From: Candidatus Saccharimonadota bacterium
GTDB taxonomy: Bacteria > Patescibacteriota > Saccharimonadia > Saccharimonadales > UBA4665
Reading direction: 5' to 3'
Assembly: GCA_963716945.1 (NCBI GenBank)
Contig: OY970322.1
Span: forward strand, 90,001-122,000
Length of the DNA stretch: 32,000 nucleotides
Part shown: positions 22,629 to 29,587 of the stretch, piece after piece
Numbering within the stretch: position 1 is the stretch's first letter
Layout: every line of letters begins with the position of its first letter
Position numbers and translations under genes: made by a program
Notes under the pieces: model-generated
Databases searched by the model: none
Seen by the model: the letters and a program-made list of their open reading frames with translations, nothing else
Told to the model about the DNA's origin: nothing

Positions 22629-23935
22629 GGCGCTAAGCGGTTAATGTCGCGCGGGAAGAGGGTAGCTTCCTTGACGTTGTTGAGGCCGAGGAATTTTTCG
22701 GTTAGGCGTTCCAGGCCCATGCCGAAACCGCCGTGGGGCGGCATGCCGGCCTGCATCGCGGTCAGCAGCGGCTTGAAGCCGGGGTCGTCGGGGCTGCCGC
22801 CGGCTTTCTCCTTGAGTTGCTGAAGGACGACGGCATGATCGTTTTCACGCATTGAACCGGTCGCGATTTCGACACCGCGGAACAGAAGGTCGATCCGGTC
22901 GGCCAATTCGGGCTTGCCGGCCTGGGCCTTGTGGTAGAACTTCATGTCGGCGGCCGGCCAGTCGCTCACGAAAACCGCTTCACTGCCCAGTTCCTGTCGG
23001 GCATATTCGCAAATCCAGCGTTCCTCGTCGGGTCTAAGGTCTTTTTCGCCAACCGTGTTCTGCCCGGTGGCCTGGCTGTAACGCTCATGGATTTCGGCCA
23101 TTGAAATCGTCGGAATCCGTTCGGCGAACTCGGGCTTAACGGCCCTGAGAAGTTTGAGCTCGTCGGCTTGGTGTTCCCATATATAATCGCTGACATAGTG
23201 CATCAGGCCGCTTAGGAGTTTTTCGAGGCCGTCAATATCGATGAAGCCCATTTCGGCATCGACCGACGTGTACTCGGTCATGTGCCGGGTGGTGGCGCTC
23301 GGTTCGGCGCGGTAAACCGGCGCGATTTCAAAGGCCCGCTCGAAGATGCCGACCATGATTTGCTTGTAGAACTGCGGGCTTTGGGCCAGCGTGGCTTCCT
23401 TGCCGAAATAATCAACCTTGAAAACTTCGGCGCCGCCTTCTGTAGCCGCGGCCAGCAGCTTAGGAGTGTGGATTTCGGTAAAATCTTCCCGGTAGAAATA
23501 TTCCCGCAAGGCCTTGGTGATGGCGGCCTGGACCTTGAAAACGGCCGTTTCCTGCAGGTTGCGCAAACCGATCGGGCGGTATTCGAATAGCGTGTCCAGG
23601 TTGTCCGGTTTGTGGCTAAGCGGCTTGTCGATTTCGATCGGCGGTTCCGCCTCGACCGGGACCAGGACGGTTATCTTGGCGTCGTGGAGTTCGGCGCCGC
23701 CGGGGGCGCGCGGCTCGTCTACGACTTGGCCGTCGACAGCCAGGACGGTGCCGATTTGCAGGCCGCGCAGCTTTTCGACTTCGGCCTTGTCCTTGATAAC
23801 GACCTGGACCAGCCCGTGGCGGTCGCGGACGTTAATGAACGTCAGGCCGCCAAGCAGGCGCTTCTTATGCAGCCAGCCTTCGATTTGGACGGTTTTGCCG
23901 GTCTGGCTTTTGACGTCGGAGCTTAGGGTTCTCAT
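22625..23935 (-). CDS. aspS: aspartate--tRNA ligase, type 2 (archaeal/eukaryal-like class IIb)
   Basis: 436 aa, with an N-terminal OB-fold anticodon-binding domain. Motif 2 is FEIAPVYRAEPSATTRHMTEYTSVDAEM. The C-terminal motif 3 is GMPPHGGFGMGLERL...LFPRDINRLAP. Confidence 0.88.
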   Translation of the reverse strand: MRTLSSDVKSQTGKTVQIEGWLHKKRLLGGLTFINVRDRHGLVQVVIKDKAEVEKLRGLQIGTVLAVDGQVVDEPRAPGGAELHDAKITVLVPVEAEPPIEIDKPLSHKPDNLDTLFEYRPIGLRNLQETAVFKVQAAITKALREYFYREDFTEIHTPKLLAAATEGGAEVFKVDYFGKEATLAQSPQFYKQIMVGIFERAFEIAPVYRAEPSATTRHMTEYTSVDAEMGFIDIDGLEKLLSGLMHYVSDYIWEHQADELKLLRAVKPEFAERIPTISMAEIHERYSQATGQNTVGEKDLRPDEERWICEYARQELGSEAVFVSDWPAADMKFYHKAQAGKPELADRIDLLFRGVEIATGSMRENDHAVVLQQLKEKAGGSPDDPGFKPLLTAMQAGMPPHGGFGMGLERLTEKFLGLNNVKEATLFPRDINRLAP

Positions 23936-23942
23936 CAGGAAG

Positions 23943-25034
23943 CTATTCTACCACTTCGTCATCTGTTTTTACAGGGGTTTCGCCGGCGGCTTCGGATTCT
24001 GCGGCGGCTTCCGGTCCGCAGGACCCGGCCTTTTCGGATTTTTCGGGCTTGGTGTGGCGGGCCGCGACCAGCGCCATATCGGCGTACTGGTCGAAGTCGT
24101 CACCGGGCACGTGGCCCAACAGCTGGCGCAAAACGTTTTCGATTGTCACGACACCAATATACTCTTCCAGGTTGTCGACTACTACGAACAGCGGGTGGTT
24201 GGTGACGAAAAAGGCATGCAGGGCCTGGCTCAAGCTGTCGCTTTCGTGCAGGTAGTAAACCGCCGGTTCCATGATGTCCTTAACCTTTCCCGAACTCTGG
24301 AGGTCCAATTGCTTGAAGGCCAGCGTTCCGGCAAACGGGCCTTTGCGGCTTTCGCGTACCAGGGCGTAGTCCTGGCCGCTCTTGTGGACTTCGTCAATCA
24401 GGATCGGGCCGACAGTGTCATCGGCCAGGACGGTTTTTATCCGTTTGCGCGGAATCATGATGTCGTTAACGTGATGGTCCCCGAAGCTAAGGGCGCGGCT
24501 GGCTATCTCCAGCTCCTCGTCGGAGATGCGGCTGTCGGGCCGGTGTTGCTGGCTTTTGATAAGTTCCAGCAGGTCTTCCCGCTCGAACAGCTTGGTACGG
24601 TCGGCCGCCAGGTAGCGGTTCTGGACCTTGTCGGCCCCCCGGCTAAGCAGCGGGTGCAGGTAATTAAGCAGCCAGACAAGGGGCGGCGTAATCAGCTTGG
24701 TCAGGAAAATCCCCGGCCTGGTCGTCCGGGTAGCCGGGATGAAAGAGAAAGCTATCCACAGCAGCGGCCCGACAATCAGCAGGCTGACCCAGACTGGCAG
24801 CATCCGGGCCAGCAGGACCAGGCTGGCGGCGCTGGTCAGGCCGATGTAAAGCCATAACAAACCGCGCAAACTGTTGCCGTAGGCGGCAGCGCGGTAGAGC
24901 TGGGCCGCCTCCGGGTCATGCTTGGCGGCCCGGCGCTTCAACTCGCGCAGCGGCAGGTAATAATAAGTCTTGCGCGCGACGACGCCTAGCAGCGCCAGCA
25001 GCAACAGTACGGCCGCGATGATTAAATTCGTCAT
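23943..25034 (-). CDS. CNNM/DUF21 transmembrane domain plus CBS-pair protein (hemolysin/CorC-like)
   Basis: An N-terminal polytopic DUF21-like region is followed by two CBS motifs (VNDIMIPR...; VKDIMEP...IGVVTIENVLRQLLG). The tail is acidic. Confidence 0.82.
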   Translation of the reverse strand: MTNLIIAAVLLLLALLGVVARKTYYYLPLRELKRRAAKHDPEAAQLYRAAAYGNSLRGLLWLYIGLTSAASLVLLARMLPVWVSLLIVGPLLWIAFSFIPATRTTRPGIFLTKLITPPLVWLLNYLHPLLSRGADKVQNRYLAADRTKLFEREDLLELIKSQQHRPDSRISDEELEIASRALSFGDHHVNDIMIPRKRIKTVLADDTVGPILIDEVHKSGQDYALVRESRKGPFAGTLAFKQLDLQSSGKVKDIMEPAVYYLHESDSLSQALHAFFVTNHPLFVVVDNLEEYIGVVTIENVLRQLLGHVPGDDFDQYADMALVAARHTKPEKSEKAGSCGPEAAAESEAAGETPVKTDDEVVE

Positions 25035-25116
25035 CCTGCTTTAGATTATACAGCCCTGGGATGGCGGTCGGGTATTGCTGTATACTTTATAGTTAAGTAA
25101 TGAGGAGTAGGCCAGT

Positions 25117-25854
25117 ATGTCTAAGCAGTTCCTAGGGGTTATCGTCGTCGTTATCCTGATCTTCGTCGGCATCTTCGCTTTCAGCGGCAACAAATCAAAC
25201 GGTTCCGGTTCAAGCGGCTCAAGCGGCAGCTCGACCCTGACCGAGCACGTCGAAGGCCTCAACAAGGACGGCATCACCTTGGTCGAATACGGCGACTACG
25301 AGTGTCCTTACTGCGGCCAGTACTTCCCGATCGTCAAGCAGGTACAAGCCGAATATAACGACCAGATCGCTTTCCAGTTCCGTAATTTCCCCTTGGTCAG
25401 CATCCACCAGAACGCTTTCGCCGGCGCCCGGGCCGCGGAGGCCGCCGCTATGCAGAACCAGTTCTGGCAAATGCATGACTTGCTCTACGAACAGAACGAA
25501 CTTTCCCAAAGCAACCCTAATGCCAGCACCTGGGTCAACGCCAGCGACCCGACCGTCTTCTTCGACCAGTACGCCCAGCAGCTGGGCCTAAACCTGACTA
25601 AGTTCAAAGCCGACTATGCCTCCAGCACCGTCAATAACCTGATTAACGCCGATATGGCCGAGGGCAACAAGCTCAACATCCAGGGCACGCCGACGTTCTT
25701 CCTAGACGGCAAACAAATTTCCGTCGGTGAGAGCGCCAGCAGTTTCGAAAAGCTGATCAACGCCGAGATAGCCAAAAAAGCCGGCAGCAAAGCGGCTACC
25801 CCGACCAGCGCCGGCACGACCAGCCAGACTTCGACGCCGGCCAAATCCAACTAG
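25117..25854 (+). CDS. DsbA-family thiol:disulfide oxidoreductase, membrane-anchored
   Basis: N-terminal TM, G/S linker, and thioredoxin fold with active site CPYC (EYGDYECPYCGQY), plus GTPTFFLDG. A GAGGAG SD lies upstream. Confidence 0.85.
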   Translation: MSKQFLGVIVVVILIFVGIFAFSGNKSNGSGSSGSSGSSTLTEHVEGLNKDGITLVEYGDYECPYCGQYFPIVKQVQAEYNDQIAFQFRNFPLVSIHQNAFAGARAAEAAAMQNQFWQMHDLLYEQNELSQSNPNASTWVNASDPTVFFDQYAQQLGLNLTKFKADYASSTVNNLINADMAEGNKLNIQGTPTFFLDGKQISVGESASSFEKLINAEIAKKAGSKAATPTSAGTTSQTSTPAKSN

Positions 25855-26067
25855 GCCATTTGGTTAATAGTGCAGGAACTCCCGCCAGGCGGGGCGTTCG
25901 ATCCGCACCGGCACATGCTTAACGGGGCTGCTAATAATTTTTATTTTTACTGACACGCCTCACCTCTCCCGCGCCGCGGCCGCCTTAAAACGCCGCCGGC
26001 GCATCTGATTTTTAGATATGGTTTTTGTCTCTCACGGCCTGACTCGTCAGACCGATGAAGTGTCACA

Positions 26068-26096
26068 ATCTTAGCAAAGACGCTTATGCCTGTCAA
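26068..26096 (-). promoter_or_regulatory. strong sigma70-like promoter TTGACA-N17-TAAGAT with no annotated gene downstream
   Basis: On the minus strand, the -35 lies at 26096-26091 and the -10 at 26073-26068. It starts 11 nt after the nadD stop and points into the 252-nt non-coding region. Confidence 0.4.
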
Positions 26097-26106
26097 CCGG
26101 CAAGCT

Positions 26107-26718
26107 TCAAGGCGCCAGCGAAACGTATAGCCAGTGCCGGTCACTGTAGCGCTCGACGCTGGTCAATAAGCCGCTGGCCGGCCGGCCCTGGCGCAAAGCC
26201 TCGCGCACCCGGCCCGAAGACACTTCCGGCGCGTAGCTGGCAAACATGGTCAGGGCCTTGGGCGCGACCGGCCAGGCTTCGACTATGCCCCGCAGCTTGT
26301 CACGGTCGTCCTGCTCGCGCAAACCGATTACCAGCTCCGCCTCGGCCAGGAGCGTGTCGGCTTTCGGCCAATCCCTGATTCTCGGCAAGACGTCCGACCC
26401 GAAGAGAAACACCAGCTCCTCGCCCGGAAACCGGCGTTGCAGCTCCGGCAACGTCCGTTCGACGCTGAAACTGACATCGACCAGCTCCAGCACCTCGAAC
26501 TGCGGGTGCGGCCGGACCGCCCGGCCCAACATGGCGACCCGGTGGCCGAAATGTTCGACATGCTGCTTCTGCCGCGGCCGGCGCTCAGGTAGGAAATAGA
26601 CCTTGTCCAGCCCGGCGGCCTGTACCGCCTGCAGGGCAAAGGTAATATGGCCGGCATGGACCGGGTCGAAAGTCCCGGCGTAGATGCCAATCCGTCCGTT
26701 GCTGGGCTGGCTGCTCAT
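26107..26718 (-). CDS. nadD: nicotinate-nucleotide adenylyltransferase
   Basis: GTFDPVHAGH (the (T/H)xGH nucleotidyltransferase motif), LFGSDVL, and C-terminal EVSSGRVR (ISSTxIR-like). 203 aa. It starts 19 nt after the upstream CDS. Confidence 0.85.
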   Translation of the reverse strand: MSSQPSNGRIGIYAGTFDPVHAGHITFALQAVQAAGLDKVYFLPERRPRQKQHVEHFGHRVAMLGRAVRPHPQFEVLELVDVSFSVERTLPELQRRFPGEELVFLFGSDVLPRIRDWPKADTLLAEAELVIGLREQDDRDKLRGIVEAWPVAPKALTMFASYAPEVSSGRVREALRQGRPASGLLTSVERYSDRHWLYVSLAP

Positions 26719-26737
26719 AGTCCTTTAATTATATAGG

Positions 26738-28411
26738 TTAGGGCTGTTTTTCGGCCGGCGGCGTAACAAACTTGACGGCTGCCTTGACGGTGTTGTTGCC
26801 GGCCGCTTTGGTGACCGTACCCATTTTGGTCGGGTCTTTGCCCTGGTCGAACAATTCCTGGCAGCGGCCCAGGCAGACGCCGCAGCCGCCGACCTTGACT
26901 TCGTTCGGCCGGGTCGGGCAGGTTTCGACCTTGCAGCGGGCGCGCGATATCTTGCCGACCTTTTTTTCCAAGGCGCTTAGGCTCTCGACGATGCTGCTGT
27001 TTATGGAATCGATCTGCGGAACACTGCCGAACTTTTTGTCGTTATCGCCGACGCAGCCGCCGCCGACACCGGTCAGATTCTGGCCGGCGATGCGGCGATC
27101 CTGCTGGGCCTCCAGATGAAGTACACCCTCGGGACGGCCGCCGGCGTAAGCGGCCTGCACCGCCATCTCGTCCAGATAAATCTGCTCGGCCACGCCGTCC
27201 TCCATCTGGTCGGTGATCCGCCGGTTGCCGGTCACCACGCTGGCCTTGACCAGGAACATCTTCTGCTTGGCCTGCTCGACGATGACGGCCAGCCGGCGGG
27301 TCATTTTGTAGTTAGCGCCCGGCAGTTGGTGGTTCATGATAACCGCCAGGTCGTCTTCGTTCCATTGGTCTTGCATGCTATTTATAAAACCGTTGACTGA
27401 GGGCTCGGCCAGGCCGGTGTATAGGCTATCGGACAGGGCTACCTCGAAGTCCCGCAGCCGTTTGGCAATGCTCATGGCCTTGGCCTGCATATCGCCCTGG
27501 TCTTCGCGGAAACGCTCAAGCTGCTGCCCCACGCTGTCGCGCAACTCAACGTCGCCGATATACGGAACCACGGCTGCGACGACGCTTATAACACCTTCGG
27601 ACAACGAGCCGCTGGGAACTTCCAGTTCGCGGTGCACCTTCATGACCGACAGCGCCGATTCGGGGTTCTCGACGGCTATGGCCCGGCCGAACAGGTTGTC
27701 CGGGTCCTGCAGCATCGATACCCAGGCCTCAAGCGGAATATCGCGGACCAGCAGCGCCTCCACGGAACGTTTCCGTATATTACCCTGGGTATCCGTGACG
27801 GCTTCGCTGATGCGCACCGCGTCATCGTCGGCCAAATGCTCGGCTTTGGCGTCGGCGTACGAAGCGTCGGCCCGGCTCATCCGGGGCGAGATAAAGATCT
27901 TGACCACCCCCGGCCGTAAGTTGGCTTCGGCGTCACGGGCCTCGTCGACCTCGACCGCCACCCGCTCCAATGCCGCCCGGCGTTTGTGGAAAGCGTAGCC
28001 GGATTCGGCGTTCTGGATGGCCGTCCGGCCCAGCCACATGTAGGCCTTTTTATGCCGTCCGTACTCATCGCGTTCCGCGGTTTGGCGGTAAGGGTGCTCG
28101 ACCTTGTGCACGGCGTTGGGGATACCGCCCTCTTTGACAAGCGGAATGAGGTTCTTGAGCATGTCGTCAAGCACCCAGGGGGCATGCGAACCGTCCGGCA
28201 AGCGATAGCGGTTGAGGTTGTCGACCTCCGTTAGGCAGCGTTCCGATTCGGCTATCGCCGGCCGCTCGGCAGCAGCCCCCGGGCCGGTTAAGGCCGGTTC
28301 GAAATCCAAATGGCCTATCTGGTCAAGCTGTCCGCTCAGGCCTGGCTCAAAGTCCAAATAAGCTATCGGATCTTGCGGTGTCCGTTCCAGTAACGCTCCG
28401 GGATGGCTCAT
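26738..28411 (-). CDS. hypothetical protein (557 aa) with N-terminal tandem repeat and C-terminal Cys cluster
   Basis: Uninterrupted 557-codon ORF. It carries the tandem repeat IAYLDFEPGLSGQL / IGHLDFEPALTGPG and the C-terminal cluster CKVETC-x11-CGVCLGRC (CX4CX11CX2CX3C, zinc-ribbon-like). No TM or signal peptide. No family recognised. Confidence 0.75.
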   Translation of the reverse strand: MSHPGALLERTPQDPIAYLDFEPGLSGQLDQIGHLDFEPALTGPGAAAERPAIAESERCLTEVDNLNRYRLPDGSHAPWVLDDMLKNLIPLVKEGGIPNAVHKVEHPYRQTAERDEYGRHKKAYMWLGRTAIQNAESGYAFHKRRAALERVAVEVDEARDAEANLRPGVVKIFISPRMSRADASYADAKAEHLADDDAVRISEAVTDTQGNIRKRSVEALLVRDIPLEAWVSMLQDPDNLFGRAIAVENPESALSVMKVHRELEVPSGSLSEGVISVVAAVVPYIGDVELRDSVGQQLERFREDQGDMQAKAMSIAKRLRDFEVALSDSLYTGLAEPSVNGFINSMQDQWNEDDLAVIMNHQLPGANYKMTRRLAVIVEQAKQKMFLVKASVVTGNRRITDQMEDGVAEQIYLDEMAVQAAYAGGRPEGVLHLEAQQDRRIAGQNLTGVGGGCVGDNDKKFGSVPQIDSINSSIVESLSALEKKVGKISRARCKVETCPTRPNEVKVGGCGVCLGRCQELFDQGKDPTKMGTVTKAAGNNTVKAAVKFVTPPAEKQP

Positions 28412-28416
28412 TGTTA

Positions 28417-28447
28417 TATAAAAATACCCTCTGCTCGGGAGCAGGGG
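28417..28447 (-). terminator. terminator- or attenuator-like hairpin plus U-tract immediately upstream of the 557-aa CDS
   Basis: The minus strand reads CCCCTGCT-CCCG-AGCAG(A)GGG followed by TATTTTTATAT. The ATG lies 9 nt after TATTTT. The only SD-like string (AGAGGG) is in the 3' arm. Confidence 0.45.
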
Positions 28448-28663
28448 CTATGAAGACAACGGGGCTTCGGTGTGCTCTTGCTCGAGAGACTTTTGGTCAG
28501 CTGTATCGGACTTGCCTGCTGTCATAAGCAGGATTTACCGTTGCGGCACAGTTCCCGATTCGCACGGGATTCCAGCATCTATTTGTTAAGTTCTTACATT
28601 TAGTAGTGTAGCACCGCCCGGCTACGCTAGATATAGTATTTATTACTGCAGGCGGGTCTGGCG

Positions 28664-29140
28664 TCAGGCCGTCTGGCGCTGTTTGAGCTCGCTCAGCCGG
28701 GGCATGAAGCTTTGGGCGGCGCCGTCCAGGCCGAGGACCTTCAACGCGCCGATTAGGACGTATAAGTGGTCGAAGCTGCTTTCGGTCAGCTCGCCGCCGA
28801 GGCTTTCGATCTGCTGGAAAGCGTGTTCGACCTTCTCGACCAGCCATTTTTCTTCGGCCGGCGCTATGCTGTTGGACGTTACCTTGGTCGGTTCAGGCGA
28901 AGCGACGACCTCCAGCGAGCGGGCCGAATGGTCGCGTTTGCGGATGTGGCCGCGCTTGATCAGGTTGTTGACATGCAAAGCCACGGTGGCGACCGAATTA
29001 TAGTTTAGACCGGCCATGATCTCGCGGTAGCTCGGGCTGTAGCCGTGCTCGGCGATAAAAGTCTCGATGAAGCCGAGCAGCTCTTTTTGTTTCTTGGTCG
29101 GCCGGACTTTGGCTTGCTGGGATGTTTGCTTTTCGTTCAT
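28664..29140 (-). CDS. LexA-type winged-helix DNA-binding protein lacking the S24 peptidase domain
   Basis: Residues of about 15-80, KKQKELLGFIETFIAEHGYSPSYREIMAGLNYNSVATVALHVNNLIKRGHIRKRDHSARSLEVV, align with the LexA N-terminal domain pattern. The remaining roughly 75 aa are helical and have no Ala-Gly cleavage site or Ser/Lys dyad. Confidence 0.75.
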   Translation of the reverse strand: MNEKQTSQQAKVRPTKKQKELLGFIETFIAEHGYSPSYREIMAGLNYNSVATVALHVNNLIKRGHIRKRDHSARSLEVVASPEPTKVTSNSIAPAEEKWLVEKVEHAFQQIESLGGELTESSFDHLYVLIGALKVLGLDGAAQSFMPRLSELKQRQTA

Positions 29141-29147
29141 GCTTATT

Positions 29148-29175
29148 ATTATGCCACAGCGGCCGCGGTAACCAA
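29148..29175 (-). promoter_or_regulatory. promoter TTGGTT-N16-CATAAT with a GC palindrome in the spacer, 7 nt from the ATG (leaderless-type)
   Basis: On the minus strand, the -35 lies at 29175-29170 and the -10 at 29153-29148. The spacer contains CCGCGGCCGCTG (29168-29157), a 12-bp palindrome with one mismatched pair. Confidence 0.4.
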
Positions 29176-29176
29176 A

Positions 29177-29587
29177 TCAGTCCTCGGGCCGTGGTTTTTG
29201 GCCCGGGAAAACCCAGTATTTGTACCACAGATAGCTCCAGACCGTGAAGAAGCCGGCCGAGATGAAGAAACCGATGTACGGCGTAATACCGACGGCTTTC
29301 AGCCCGCCGATAATGGCGTAATCGAGGATGAAACCGATCGTCTCGATGAACAGGTAGCGGTAAATGTGTTCGATTTCGCGCAAATGGTGCTGGCCGGAGA
29401 AAGCCCAATAGCGCTGGACGACGTAGTTGGCGCTCCAGCCGACGGCGTCGGAGGCGACTTTGGCCCAGAACCACCACAGGTGCAGGACCGAATAGCCGAC
29501 GGCGAAGATGGCGTAGCCGCTCCAGAAATAGACGTTGCCGCCGACCATGTACTTCAGGAACTGGGACGGGTTTTTAGGCTTTTTCAC
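29177..29587 (-). CDS. GtrA-family membrane protein
   Basis: 136 aa with four TM helices and the YVVQRYWAF motif typical of GtrA-like proteins. It overlaps the upstream ligase gene by 14 nt. Confidence 0.8.
   Translation of the reverse strand: MKKPKNPSQFLKYMVGGNVYFWSGYAIFAVGYSVLHLWWFWAKVASDAVGWSANYVVQRYWAFSGQHHLREIEHIYRYLFIETIGFILDYAIIGGLKAVGITPYIGFFISAGFFTVWSYLWYKYWVFPGQKPRPED

Noticed and set aside
21588-22823. 411-aa plus-strand ORF
   Set aside because: It lies antisense to the threonine aldolase and aspS genes, both of which have clear catalytic motifs. The translation is G/L/V/A/Q-rich with no motif. Such long antisense ORFs are the usual artefact of GC-rich coding DNA.
23514-24857. 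447-aa plus-strand ORF
   Set aside because: It lies antisense to aspS and the CNNM/CBS gene. The translation is low-complexity (S/R/G/P-rich), has no SD, and no recognisable domain.
25868-25915. tRNA-like fragment: GCGTTCGATCCGC T-arm look-alike with a 7-bp acceptor-like pairing GTGCAGG/CCGGCAC
   Set aside because: It is only about 48 nt and has no D-arm or anticodon arm. The T-stem has 3-4 bp and there is no CCA or discriminator context. At most it is a decayed remnant or a coincidence, and it also overlaps the candidate 30-codon ORF.
25947-26144. 65-aa minus-strand ORF in the track
   Set aside because: It starts inside the nadD 3' end in another frame. It is Arg/Gly-rich, has no SD, and runs straight through the two hairpins.
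28412-28663. Possible known riboswitch or RNase P-like RNA. I considered cobalamin because of GGGAA...GGTAAATCC, NAD+ class I because nadD lies downstream and there is a CAACGGGGC string, and RNase P-like because of AAGTCCG.
   Set aside because: I could not find the B12 box (GCCACTG / AGYCMGG), the tandem nadA-motif domains or the RNase P CR-I/CR-V blocks. The region is also too short for RNase P. The resemblance is limited to short strings, so I kept it only as an unclassified structured leader.
25855-28663. Idea that the two 252-nt gaps are repeats bounding a mobile cassette (ORFan plus nadD)
   Set aside because: They have equal length and share a few k-mers (AACGGGGCT, CAGGCGGG, CGGCACA). 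Those k-mers are in the same orientation but in reversed order, so there is no colinear direct or inverted similarity. Matches of that size are expected by chance in GC-rich DNA.
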